From Candidatus Omnitrophota bacterium (GTDB lineage: Bacteria > Omnitrophota > Gorgyraeia > Duberdicusellales > 4484-171), in contig JBDRAN010000005.1 in assembly GCA_043823745.1 (NCBI GenBank), positions 4,459 through 68,458 of the forward strand: 64,000 bases of DNA. The letters are read 5' to 3'. The translations under genes and the position numbers were made by a program. The notes under the pieces were generated by a model, which was not told the DNA's origin, searched no databases, and saw only the letters and a list, made by a program, of their open reading frames with translations. Positions 1 to 9,338 of the stretch are shown piece after piece. Every line of letters begins with the position of its first letter. The first letter of the stretch is position 1.

Positions 1-1134
1 CCGTGTTTACGAGAAAAAATATAATACGATTCTTTGCCGCCTCCGGAATAAGGCCAGCCGCCACGCAACACATTGTCAAGGTATGTTTGCCCCACGTAAT
101 GGCTCAGTTCGCGTGAGCTTGAAACACACAACGCCTCGGTCTTAATGTCCCTGATAATTTTTTTATTCTCCGCTTCCTTCTGCGCAAGAAAAGCAGCATT
201 GACGTTCGCGACGAACTTCTCGATCAACGTAAGCTTAAATGAGGCACCAAACATACTATAGAAGACTTTTTCCTGGCCGCTCGCCAGATGCCAGGTAAAG
301 TGGCTGAATGCACAGGGGGTTTTCCCGCAATCGATCTGGGGGCACGGGGTTTTGAAATCATCACGGAGAAATTTAACCGGGATCGCATACGATTGATCGT
401 GCCCAAACAATATATCCGGATCAACGATATGATAGGGGTACACGCGAAGGCCATCCTTCTCGTAAAACGAATAATTAAAGTTAGCGCCTTCGATAAGTTT
501 TGTTTGGCTTGCGTCAACCGGATCAACGATAAGCCTGAACAACGCCAAATTATTTTTCACCGAGCAATGCATCCAGGCTTCAAGCGTTCGCGCGAGGTCC
601 TTCAAGAAAAGATTATTGGCGCCAAAAGGGATAATACGCGGAAGGCCATCAACAATTTCAAGGTCTACCGGTTTATCCGAAATATTCCTAATAGAAAACA
701 CGCGCACCAGTCCTCCTACCGGCGCGTTGGGCATCGTAAAGTACCGTATGGTAAAAGCCAGTCCGAGATGATGATTAACCTTGCGAATCGTCAACGAATC
801 GCTTTCAATAATCATTTCCTCGTCGCGCTTATGCCCCGAGACGACGCGAAACGGCTCATGAAATGTCGCACCGTTGATTTTTAAGAACGTGCGAAAGCCG
901 ATACTTGAAACGAGCGCGTAGGCTTTATTGGCAGGAAAGAATTCGCCGATGCAATGATCTTTATCCTGGAGGCCAAAACTAATAACACCCTGGGCACGAT
1001 TAACGTAAAAAACCCACACGGGAACCCCCCAGGCGCCGGCAATACCGGGAAGAAAATTAGAAAACGGAGCGGTTCGATTATAATCTTTAATGTGAAAACT
1101 ACCTTCATGCTCAAGCACGTAATCTCTACTCATT
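1..1134 (-). CDS. large hypothetical protein, N-terminal 378 codons only (gene continues beyond window start); weak resemblance to glycoside hydrolase/phosphorylase N-terminal domains
   Basis: Hand translation gives an uninterrupted minus-strand frame from ATG at 1134-1132 (MSRDYVLEHEGSFHIKDYNRTAPFSNFLPGIAGAWGVPVWV...) to the window edge. It is absent from the ORF track because no stop lies inside the window. Track ORFs 224..526(-), 288..884(+) and 881..1114(-) are other frames of this region. The product guess rests on pattern memory only. Confidence 0.5.
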
Positions 1135-1172
1135 GATCGCCTCGTTCGTTATCGCTGTTAGTATACGTTCAG

Positions 1173-1814
1173 CTACCGATAGATTTTCAGAATCTCCATG
1201 AGCGAAGAAATTACCCTTTTATTTTTATACGTCGCAACTTCCGCTACTCCTGAAGAACCGCCCTTGATAAACACCGCATCAACACCGGCTCTGTGCGCGG
1301 TTTCAAGATCGATACCCATATCCCCGATATACACAGCCTGGGCGCGGGAGGAGCCGAACCGCGCAAGGATCGCGTGCACCATTTTTGGATCGGGCTTGGT
1401 ACCGTTAATTTTATCGGCACACCAGATACCATCAAAATATTTTTTTATGTCCAGGTGCCGGACAATAATATCGGTAAAACGCGCCGGCCGGTTCGACGCA
1501 ACGGCAATTATTTTATTTCTTTTCTTCAAAAGGTAAAGCATTCTTTTTGCGCCTGATTTGGAGCGCGTATACCGGGCAAGTGACCACTCATGGTGCACCC
1601 GATATATACGAAGCGCACGGCGGAATTCATTCTTTTTAAAAAACATCTCCATAAAATGCTTATCACCCGTGCCAACCTTACGCTTTGCTTCCCGATAGCT
1701 GACCGCGCGATACCCAAGTTTGCGTAAGGTAAAATTAAGGCTTTTCTCAATCGCCCGATACGCGTCCACAAGAGTCCCGTCAAGGTCAAAAATAAAAATT
1801 TTCTTCTCAATCAT
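1173..1814 (-). CDS. HAD-superfamily hydrolase (phosphoglycolate phosphatase-like)
   Basis: FIFDLDGTLVD motif I, later K...GDxxxD motifs. The start is moved to the internal Met (MIEKKIFIFDLDG) preceded by GGAAGAG. Confidence 0.8.
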   Translation of the reverse strand: MIEKKIFIFDLDGTLVDAYRAIEKSLNFTLRKLGYRAVSYREAKRKVGTGDKHFMEMFFKKNEFRRALRIYRVHHEWSLARYTRSKSGAKRMLYLLKKRNKIIAVASNRPARFTDIIVRHLDIKKYFDGIWCADKINGTKPDPKMVHAILARFGSSRAQAVYIGDMGIDLETAHRAGVDAVFIKGGSSGVAEVATYKNKRVISSLMEILKIYR

Positions 1815-2000
1815 AGAAACTCTTCCGGGCACCACGCCGCTGCCTGCTACGCAAACCAAGCCCCGATCACGACGCCACCTATACCGATAATGCGAAAAGG
1901 TATTACGGGCAAGATTGGCTACTCAAGAATAAACACGTATGTTCGTATACAAAACGCACGCTGGCGGAAATTGGAATCATGATACAACATCCAGAGTCTT

Positions 2001-2924
2001 TCATGAACCCACACGGTGTTTGCCCCTCAGAAAACTTAAAGAAAAAAACTTCCGGTACCGCTCCCGCTTTAAAGCTTTTAAAATTCGCTCTCCTTCCTCA
2101 AGCGTCTGGCGCTCACCCATCGCCACCAATTCGTTCGCTCGGTCGAAACTACCCCAGGAGAATTTTTCCAAGTTTGGAAAGATAAGATAATCGGCTTCGC
2201 GCACATTATCATCAATTATTTTCTTATAACGGATCTTATCGGTAAGGCATAGCGTTTCCACCGCATTCTTCGGCTCAAAATACACATGCTTCGTTGTTTC
2301 AAGGTTAATGCCGAGGATAAAGCTCGCTTTACCCACAAGGGCTTTCGTTGGTAACGTCTCAATGGCGCCTCCGTCAACGAGCACCTGGTTTTCTAAGGTC
2401 AGTGGTGGAAAAAAACCGGGCAAGGCGGTTGAAGCGATAATGGCGCGATACAACGCCCCGTTTCGCAGATGCACCAGTTTTCCCGCCACAAGGTCGACGC
2501 ACGTCGCTGAAAACGGAATTTTACAATCGGAGAAAGAATGCCCCTCAAACAGCTCTTTAAAAATTTTAAAGAAAGGCTTCGGCTCGATAAGGTACGGCTT
2601 GATAACACAAAGATTCCAGAGATAAAATTGCTGAATCATATTAAATGATTTTTCCAGAACCGCCGTGTCATCACCGAACGTCGCGGAACCAAAATGACGC
2701 TTCAATACGAGGATTTCTTTCTCATGCTTGGTAAATGCCGCAAAAAGTTTTTTTTCAACATGCCGGATATCAGGACAAAGCGCGTAGAGGCCTCCGATAA
2801 CCGCGCCGATAGAAGTTCCGGAGATAATATCGGGCTTAATTTTTAACCGCTCAAACGCACGCAACGCTCCGATGTGAAAAAATCCGCGCGCGCCGCCGCC
2901 ACCAAGCGCCAAACCGAGCACCAT
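2001..2924 (-). CDS. patatin-like phospholipase
   Basis: GGGxRG oxyanion motif (LGLALGGGGARG), GTSIG nucleophile elbow, and a strong SD (GGAGGAGG) before the ATG. Confidence 0.85.
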   Translation of the reverse strand: MVLGLALGGGGARGFFHIGALRAFERLKIKPDIISGTSIGAVIGGLYALCPDIRHVEKKLFAAFTKHEKEILVLKRHFGSATFGDDTAVLEKSFNMIQQFYLWNLCVIKPYLIEPKPFFKIFKELFEGHSFSDCKIPFSATCVDLVAGKLVHLRNGALYRAIIASTALPGFFPPLTLENQVLVDGGAIETLPTKALVGKASFILGINLETTKHVYFEPKNAVETLCLTDKIRYKKIIDDNVREADYLIFPNLEKFSWGSFDRANELVAMGERQTLEEGERILKALKRERYRKFFSLSFLRGKHRVGS

Positions 2925-2952
2925 CCTGCCACCTCCTCCAGGGTCTAAACCT

Positions 2953-2991
2953 AAAGAAAAAAGGCAGACCCGGAATGAGTCTGCCTTTTTT
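2953..2991 (-). terminator. rho-independent terminator (works on both strands)
   Basis: Stem GGCAGAC / GTCTGCC with a 9-nt loop, flanked by an A-run (2953-2962) and a T-run (2986-2991). It lies between the small membrane ORF and the patatin gene. Confidence 0.6.
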
Positions 2992-3006
2992 AGATTATAT
3001 ACATTC

Positions 3007-3243
3007 TTATTCTTTGGCGATCGCGATAAAAATTAATCCTGCCAAAGCTAAAAACAAACCAATGCAACCCTTAATCACCATCAAAAGACTTCCCCACCAA
3101 CCAATAACTGCCCACAACCCAAGGCCGATCAATACAACACCAATGACGACTTTCATCATCATTTTGTTCGAATCGCAACACCCTTTCTGTTCCGATGCGA
3201 CACCTGCTGCTGGCACTTCCACTGGTTTCGTTTGCTCTTCCAT
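3007..3243 (-). CDS. small hydrophobic membrane protein, unknown function
   Basis: 78 aa with two predicted TM helices (VVIGVVLIGLGLWAVIGWW; LFLALAGLIFIAIA). Strong SD (GAAGGAGGG) upstream and the terminator at 2953-2991 downstream. The overlapping plus-strand ORF 2975..3283 is rejected. Confidence 0.55.
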   Translation of the reverse strand: MEEQTKPVEVPAAGVASEQKGCCDSNKMMMKVVIGVVLIGLGLWAVIGWWGSLLMVIKGCIGLFLALAGLIFIAIAKE

Positions 3244-3386
3244 AATAACCCTCCTTCTTTACGTGATACGCAACGTATCGTGATTAATCTTATATATTTT
3301 CTGCCTATTTGTCAACATTAAAGTGATATAAAGAACAAGCCCCTGCGCCAGTAGAGCGCAGGGGCTTGCATCAGGATCATCCAGCG

Positions 3387-4973
3387 TTACTTAAGAATCT
3401 TTTCGGCTTCTTTACGATATGCGTCCATAACATACGGGATGCCGGAAATTTTAGTAGCCTCTTCAGTCAGGCTCATAAGATCTTTCCGGGAAATACTCTG
3501 GAGGCTAAAGTTACGCGAACCAGCCATAAGCTGCTGGAGGCCAACTTTAATTCTCTGAGAGAAAGTGTAAATGGCAACCGCGCCCAGCGGGATCTCATTG
3601 ATATCTTTGCCATATTTTTCTTTCAACTCTTCATAGGAGACAAAGATCTCTTCTGCTTTTTTGCCAAATTCGGAAACGGTGGGCGGAAGCGTGTTGTTCT
3701 TGATCCAATCGCCGATATTTTTACCGACAAAACCGGGGATCATCAACGCTCTTCCCATGCACACCGCTTTAACGTACGGTGCGCCCAACGCTATGACCTT
3801 AAAAATATGGTCTTCAAGAGCGAACCCTCCGGCAATCGCGATATCGGGAATACGCATTTTTTTCTTAGCCAACTTCTCGCAGAACTCATACGTAAGAGCC
3901 TGAAGATAGAAGGTCGGGATTCCCCACTCCTGCATCATGCGCCATGGACTCATCCCGGTTCCGCCCGGAGCGCCGTCAATCGTTAAGAGATCGATTTTGG
4001 CCATTGAAGAAAATTTGAGCGCCTGTGCAAGTTCAACCATGGAGTACGCGCCCGTCTTAAGGGTAATGCGCTTAAAACCCAGATCCCGCAGCCGCTTGAT
4101 CTCCTTCATGAAGCCTCCCTCGGAAACAAACCCCAAACGCGAATGACGCTCAAATTCCTTAATCGCGCCCGCCTTAAAGGCTTCTTCGGTAGCTTTGACT
4201 GTCGGATCGGGCGTTACGATGTATCCGCGCCGTTTCAATTCTTTGGCGCGCGCTAAATCTTTTACTTTAATTTCGCCGCCGATGCATTTTGCTCCCTGAC
4301 CCCACTTTAATTCGATTGTATCAAGTTTATGTTTTTTGCGCACATATTCGGCAACGCCTAAGCGAGTGTCCTCAACGTTCATCTGCACGAGTATCTCGCC
4401 ATAACCGTCATGGAAACGCTTATAAAGCTCAATGCGCCGGTCCATATCGGGGGCGTTGGCAATCTTTCCTTTCGCGTCGAGTTCAAGTTTTGGATCGATA
4501 CCACAAACATTTTCACCGCAGACGATCGTGACGCCGGAGATAGCAGCCCCGACCGCGAAATGCTCCCAGTTTTTACGGGCAATTTCTGTTGAGCCCAGCG
4601 CCCCGGTAAAAATAGGAACTTTCATCTTAACTTTTTTATCCCAGCCATAGTCGGTCTCGGTGTTAACCGAAGGGAATGTTGCCGTGTCGGGATTTGCCTG
4701 GACACCCTTCGGCAAGCCATGTGCGCCGGCGGCATAGCCCTGGATATTCAAATGGGAATAATCGACCGGGTAATCCTTATCTCCCCCTGCGGTCATTTCT
4801 CCGAAAGGTCCCGGATAAATTACTTCGCGTCCGCGGAATGAAGACTTAAAAACTTCGCAATTTCCACGGCATGATTCTAGACAGCGAGAACAGAGCCCCG
4901 AACATGGAACAACGTTTTTTGAGCGATTAAAAGTCCTAGTCGCGTCATTGCCGGCCGGTGAGCGTAAATTCAT
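3387..4973 (-). CDS. glutamate synthase-related protein (GltS FMN-binding domain, archaeal GltB type) with N-terminal Cys cluster
   Basis: A Cys-rich N-terminus (CSGLCSRCLESCRGNCEV) followed by glutamate-synthase central-domain signatures (GAxxxGGxG..., DLLTIDGAPGGTG). SD AAGGAGG. Confidence 0.75.
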   Translation of the reverse strand: MNLRSPAGNDATRTFNRSKNVVPCSGLCSRCLESCRGNCEVFKSSFRGREVIYPGPFGEMTAGGDKDYPVDYSHLNIQGYAAGAHGLPKGVQANPDTATFPSVNTETDYGWDKKVKMKVPIFTGALGSTEIARKNWEHFAVGAAISGVTIVCGENVCGIDPKLELDAKGKIANAPDMDRRIELYKRFHDGYGEILVQMNVEDTRLGVAEYVRKKHKLDTIELKWGQGAKCIGGEIKVKDLARAKELKRRGYIVTPDPTVKATEEAFKAGAIKEFERHSRLGFVSEGGFMKEIKRLRDLGFKRITLKTGAYSMVELAQALKFSSMAKIDLLTIDGAPGGTGMSPWRMMQEWGIPTFYLQALTYEFCEKLAKKKMRIPDIAIAGGFALEDHIFKVIALGAPYVKAVCMGRALMIPGFVGKNIGDWIKNNTLPPTVSEFGKKAEEIFVSYEELKEKYGKDINEIPLGAVAIYTFSQRIKVGLQQLMAGSRNFSLQSISRKDLMSLTEEATKISGIPYVMDAYRKEAEKILK

Positions 4974-5192
4974 AGCCCCTCCTTTTATACAAATTATTTA
5001 TACAAAATATGCCTATTCCTTAAGGCACGCATGGTTAAAAATTAAAGGCTCATCCGGAGCCTAAAATAAAAAAAGCATCCCCCTCTACTTCAATGTAGAA
5101 AAGGACGCCTTTGTCCTTATAATGCGAAGGTATTCTACTTCCCGCGCGTTAGTTGTCAAGAAAAAGATTCGCCTTCAAAATAAGCGATAACC

Positions 5193-5564
5193 TCAACGCG
5201 CACCGCGATGTGCTAAATAATTAAGCAGCATCTGCGCATGCCCTTCGCTCTCGCTGGAAAATTTTATAACCGCCGAATACCATCCATGCCCACCCTGCCG
5301 CCAGCTGCGCAATACTTTCCCGCGCAACAGGAGCTCTTCTGACCTGCCGGATATAGCAATTCGCAACTCAACGAAAATGCCGACGCCGAATTTCTGTTTA
5401 TTCACCGATATCAATGCGCCGCTTTGTGAGGCTTGCGTCACATAGACGAGAAAGCCTTCCTGGCCAAGCTCTTTGCACGAACAGATACCTTTGAGCGGAG
5501 GCACAGGGTCAATCCGCTTTGAAGCGCGTCGCTCGAAAAACCCAAGTTTACGTAAAAAGTTCAT
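5193..5564 (-). CDS. PilZ-domain protein (putative c-di-GMP receptor)
   Basis: RRASKRI (RxxxR) and QASQSGALISV (D/NxSxxG-like) motifs. The start is moved to the internal ATG 9 nt after AGGAGG. Confidence 0.55.
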   Translation of the reverse strand: MNFLRKLGFFERRASKRIDPVPPLKGICSCKELGQEGFLVYVTQASQSGALISVNKQKFGVGIFVELRIAISGRSEELLLRGKVLRSWRQGGHGWYSAVIKFSSESEGHAQMLLNYLAHRGAR

Positions 5565-5580
5565 ACCAAGCACCTCCTAG

Positions 5581-5690
5581 CGCAGTAAGCGCATGTCGGC
5601 TGTTCCAATTAAGCCGGATATTGCGCAGTAAGCGCATATCGGCTGTTCCAATTAAGCCGGATATTGCGCAGTAAGCGCACACCGGCTATT
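5581..5690. repeat. tandem direct repeat, 43-bp unit x2 plus a diverged partial third copy; each unit contains a short hairpin (CGGCTG...AGCCGG)
   Basis: 5581-5623 and 5624-5666 are identical except one base (CGCAGTAAGCGCAT[G/A]TCGGCTGTTCCAATTAAGCCGGATATTG). 5667 onward begins CGCAGTAAGCGCACACCGGCTATTG. Confidence 0.9.
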
Positions 5691-5837
5691 GTAACGCAGA
5701 AGCGTACATACCTCGCCTCAAAGGAATGGCGAGTATGCGCCTTCTGCGCTACCGGCGCAATTTTTGCCTAGAAGGGCAATACTGGCGCTATGCCTCTTAG
5801 CGCCAGGTGCGATTACGCCGGGTATCGTGCAAAAGCG

Positions 5838-6371
5838 TTATTTTATTTTTTTAACGCGGTAACGGTAAATCGTAAGGCGCCCCGCTTCAGAAACGTTTAA
5901 TTCCCAACTATATCGATACTTATAATCAAAATTTTTTCCCGCAACGCCGGTACCTTTATGCCGGGCAACAATCTCGACCCTAAAGCGCTCACGCGGAAGT
6001 TGCTTGATCTTTATCTCGCCGACATCATATTCGTTGCTTAAAATTTCCGCGCGCTGTACCGCATACCAAGCGATAAAATCCTGATGAGTCCTTATCGTGG
6101 CTCCCGGCACTTCCATCTGTAAATCATTTTTAGCAAGATGGTAAAGAAAAAGAAAATCCTCAACCTGATGATCAAGCCAGGCAAACCAACGATAGACGAA
6201 ACTTTTAACATCGTTGTTGGTGGGGACATAGTGGCTGGTTGCGTCTGTTACTTGCGCGCGGGCCTGGATACCTTTCGTTTGGTTTGTGGGTAGCTGCGGT
6301 GTAGCGCCGAGCGAAAGAATCAACATAATAGCTACTATACTATAGCAAAAAAAATAATTTTTCGTTTTCAT
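5838..6371 (-). CDS. secreted hypothetical protein (signal peptide)
   Basis: N-terminal signal-like segment FFCYSIVAIMLILSLGATPQ. No recognised motif. Confidence 0.5.
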   Translation of the reverse strand: MKTKNYFFCYSIVAIMLILSLGATPQLPTNQTKGIQARAQVTDATSHYVPTNNDVKSFVYRWFAWLDHQVEDFLFLYHLAKNDLQMEVPGATIRTHQDFIAWYAVQRAEILSNEYDVGEIKIKQLPRERFRVEIVARHKGTGVAGKNFDYKYRYSWELNVSEAGRLTIYRYRVKKIK

Positions 6372-6386
6372 GGTATCCCCCCCACG

Positions 6387-7046
6387 CTAGGCCGATAGAA
6401 CCGGCGCCCCGGGCTTAACGGACGCATTATCTTGTCGCAACGCATGATATACGTAGGCGAGTGCGACCATCGTTGTCGGAACCGTAGCAAATAACCCCAC
6501 CAGGAGACAAAGCGCGCCGGCAAGATTAAGTAAAAAACAAAGCAGATGAAAACACAATAAGTCCCATTTTACTCCGCCTGTCAAGGCCGAGCTCTTTGAG
6601 AGAGACTCAATAATCCCCACCTTTTCATCGACGAGATAATACCCGTAGAATCCGAATTGTATTGCCCAGATAATCCCCGGAACGATCAGCAACAGAAGGC
6701 CTCCAAACACAATAAGAGCGTACAAAAGAGAAGCAAACAAATATTTAAAAAATAAAGGATAGCAATTTACCAGATCGTTAAAATTGGGTTTTTGGCCCCG
6801 AGCGCACGATAACGCTATTTTAATCATCCCCATGCTGATTAAGATGTTAAGGACAAGAGAAATAATAAAAACTACAAAATTCATTAATCCCGAATGTGCC
6901 TGCTCGGCCATTTTTTGCATAGCATCGAGAATGCCGCCGGTAATACCGCAAATCAAAAGAAGCGCGATGAAAAAGCCGATATTTTTCTTCATGCTCTCCC
7001 AGCCAAAACTGATCGAATCGCTTATGGAAAATCCTTGGTTTGCCAT
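6387..7046 (-). CDS. integral membrane protein, unknown function
   Basis: Multiple hydrophobic segments. ATG at 7046 is preceded by GGGGGA. The end is adjacent to the next gene. Confidence 0.5.
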   Translation of the reverse strand: MANQGFSISDSISFGWESMKKNIGFFIALLLICGITGGILDAMQKMAEQAHSGLMNFVVFIISLVLNILISMGMIKIALSCARGQKPNFNDLVNCYPLFFKYLFASLLYALIVFGGLLLLIVPGIIWAIQFGFYGYYLVDEKVGIIESLSKSSALTGGVKWDLLCFHLLCFLLNLAGALCLLVGLFATVPTTMVALAYVYHALRQDNASVKPGAPVLSA

Positions 7047-8467
7047 CAATCCCCCTTTGCGGCGAAGCGCTTTATGATCGCCGCCGCGGCCCGTTTAGCC
7101 ATACCCATAGCCTCAATAACCGTGCCTTCCCCTCCCACGATATCACCTCCCGCAAAAACATTCTCTATGGACGTTTCCATCGTATCGGGATTAACAATAA
7201 TGTCTCCGTATGCATCAACCGTAAGCATTGCGGTCGCAGCCGTAAGCAGGCGATTCGCACGAAGGCCGATCGCGATGACCGCCACATCGCAGGGTAAAGT
7301 ATATTCGCTACCGGGAACATCAACCGGCGCGCGCCTTCCCGATTGATCCGGCTCGCCACGTTCGCAACGCAATAACGTTATCTCTTTTAAAAATCCATCA
7401 GGGGCTCCACGTAATAAAAGAGGTTTGACGAGAAATGAAAAGATCACCCCTTCCTGTTTGGCATGTTCTATCTCAAGCCTGCGCGCAGGCATTTCAGTCT
7501 CGGTGCGCCGGTACAACAGCGTCGTATCGGGAGAAAACCCACGTATCTTTTGCAGGCGTAACGCGACCCGCGCCGAGTCAATCGCGGTATTTCCGCCACC
7601 GATCACCACTACTTTTTTCCCGATGTTTACCGGCGTATGGAATTGAGGAAATTGCTCCGCACGCATCAGATTAATCCGCGTTAAAAATTCATTGGCAGAA
7701 TACACATTACACAACGTCTCGCCCGGCACCCCCAAGAATGACGGTACGCCCGCGCCCAGACCAAGAAAAACCGCAGAGAATCCTTGCGCGAATAAGTCAC
7801 CAAGTGCACAGGCCCGGCCCACCACAAAATTCGTGACAAACTCAACACCCATTGCTTCCAAGTTCTTAATTTCAACGTCAAGAATTTCGCGGGGCAAACG
7901 AAACGCGGGTATTCCGTATTGCAAGACTCCGCCCAGTTTATGCAAGCTCTCAAAAATAACCACTTTTATGCCGGCACGCGCCAATTCTCCGGCACAACAG
8001 AGCCCTGCCGGCCCCGAACCAACAACGGCAACCCGGGGCGCGCGCGCAGCCGGCGCGCTCACGGTTGAGGCCTGATGAAGCAGGCCCCAATCGCCAATAA
8101 AACGCTCCAAAAAATGAATATTAATTGCGCTGGAAGCAGCAAACGAGAGTCCTTTTTTTGTAAATACGCAGGTCCGACGACACTGGTACTCAGCAGGACA
8201 TACTCGTCCGCACATTGAAGGAAAGTTATTTTTCTGGCGAATAGTCCGGTATGCCGCGGCGTAATCCCGCGCGCAAACCTCTGCGATGAACTTTTTTATG
8301 TCAATACCCACCGGACATCCGGAAGCGCACGAGGCAACAGCACACTGCAGGCATCGTGAAGCCTCACCAATTGCTTCGTCCTCGCTATAGCAAGAAACAA
8401 CTTCATCAAAACTCTGAATACGTTTTGAAACTATCTGCTCTTTTGGTTGTACGGGTTCTTTCTTCAT
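7046..8467 (-). CDS. GltD-family NAD(P)H-dependent FAD/Fe-S oxidoreductase (glutamate synthase small-subunit-like; NfnB/SudA-type)
   Basis: N-terminal Cys clusters (CLQCAVASCASGCP; CGRVCP...C), two Rossmann GxGxxG motifs (VAVVGSGPAGL, VVVIGGGNTA), and the C-terminal GGD motif typical of GltD. Confidence 0.9.
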   Translation of the reverse strand: MKKEPVQPKEQIVSKRIQSFDEVVSCYSEDEAIGEASRCLQCAVASCASGCPVGIDIKKFIAEVCARDYAAAYRTIRQKNNFPSMCGRVCPAEYQCRRTCVFTKKGLSFAASSAINIHFLERFIGDWGLLHQASTVSAPAARAPRVAVVGSGPAGLCCAGELARAGIKVVIFESLHKLGGVLQYGIPAFRLPREILDVEIKNLEAMGVEFVTNFVVGRACALGDLFAQGFSAVFLGLGAGVPSFLGVPGETLCNVYSANEFLTRINLMRAEQFPQFHTPVNIGKKVVVIGGGNTAIDSARVALRLQKIRGFSPDTTLLYRRTETEMPARRLEIEHAKQEGVIFSFLVKPLLLRGAPDGFLKEITLLRCERGEPDQSGRRAPVDVPGSEYTLPCDVAVIAIGLRANRLLTAATAMLTVDAYGDIIVNPDTMETSIENVFAGGDIVGGEGTVIEAMGMAKRAAAAIIKRFAAKGD

Positions 8468-8473
8468 GAAACG

Positions 8474-9337
8474 TTAGAATAATTTTTTAAGTTTACAAAC
8501 ATGCAATTCATCACTGCTATAGATTCTACTGCGCGCGAGAAGTTCCTGCCAGTCGACCTGGTGCGCATCAAACTCCGGGCCATCGATACAACTAAAATAT
8601 ACGCTTCCCGCAACGCTTACCCTGCAGGAACCGCACATACCCGTGGCATCGACCATAAGCGCGTTTAAGGACACAACCGTCTTAATGTTCCGGCTACGCG
8701 TTACCTCACTAACCGCGCGCATCATCGGGATAGGGCCTACCGCATACACGCAACCCGGGGCCTGGTGAGCATACTCTGTGGCAAGTAACGCCTGGAGCGC
8801 CTCGGTCACAAAACCTCTTATTCCTTTACTTCCATCATCAGTGGCGCACTGCAGGCGATCGCAGAACGCTAAAAGCTCCTCTTCAAGAATCAGGAGCTGC
8901 TTGGTGCGGGCGCCGATGAGAGCGGTGACCTTATTCCCTGCCTGTTTAAACGCTCGCGCTACCGGAAGAATTTCAGCGACACCAACACCGCCACCGATCA
9001 CGATTACATTTCCATAATTCTGTATTTCGGTCGCACGCCCGAGAGGGCCGGCAAGGGCAAAAAGTGCCTGGCCAACAGTCATCTGGCCAAGAAGACGGGT
9101 TGTCAAGCCCAACTCTTGAACGATAAGCGTAATGGTCCCCCGCTGCGTGTCCCGATCAACAATGGTCAACGGTATCCGCTCTCCTTCGGACACAACCATA
9201 ACTACCACAAACTGCCCGGCTTCCGATCCTTGCGCAATACCGGGAGCATGCACTTGTATTTTCGTTATCCGCGCAGACTCATCCTGCGACAGAATCTCCC
9301 TGTCAACAATTTTAAAATCCTGCGCTTTCATATCCAT
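8474..9337 (-). CDS. ferredoxin-NADP reductase-like FAD/[2Fe-2S] subunit (NfnA/SudB-type; dihydroorotate dehydrogenase electron-transfer-subunit fold)
   Basis: FAD/NAD-binding fold signatures (VIGGGVGVAEILPVARA) and a C-terminal Cys cluster (CGSCRV...C). It sits directly upstream of the GltD-like gene, as in nfnAB/sudBA operons. The start is moved to MDMKAQ. Confidence 0.75.
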   Translation of the reverse strand: MDMKAQDFKIVDREILSQDESARITKIQVHAPGIAQGSEAGQFVVVMVVSEGERIPLTIVDRDTQRGTITLIVQELGLTTRLLGQMTVGQALFALAGPLGRATEIQNYGNVIVIGGGVGVAEILPVARAFKQAGNKVTALIGARTKQLLILEEELLAFCDRLQCATDDGSKGIRGFVTEALQALLATEYAHQAPGCVYAVGPIPMMRAVSEVTRSRNIKTVVSLNALMVDATGMCGSCRVSVAGSVYFSCIDGPEFDAHQVDWQELLARSRIYSSDELHVCKLKKLF

Positions 9338-9338
9338 A

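Noticed and set aside
288-884. 198-aa plus-strand ORF (and minus ORFs 224..526, 881..1114) from the track
   Set aside because: All lie inside an uninterrupted 378-codon minus-strand frame (1..1134) with a proper ATG. They have low-complexity, Arg-rich composition typical of shadow frames.
2975-3283. 102-aa plus-strand ORF overlapping the small membrane-protein gene
   Set aside because: The minus-strand ORF has a strong SD, a hydrophobic two-helix product and the downstream terminator. The plus-strand product is Pro/Thr-rich with no start context.
5041-5122. Two short hairpins (GGCTC-ATCCG-GAGCC; AAGGAC-GCCTTT-GTCCTT) between pilZ and the gltS-like gene as terminators
   Set aside because: The stems are only 5-6 bp and the flanking U-runs are on the wrong side or interrupted. 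This is too weak to annotate.
5581-5690. CRISPR array
   Set aside because: There are only two identical 43-bp units directly abutting with no unique spacers, and no cas genes nearby. It is classed as a simple tandem repeat.
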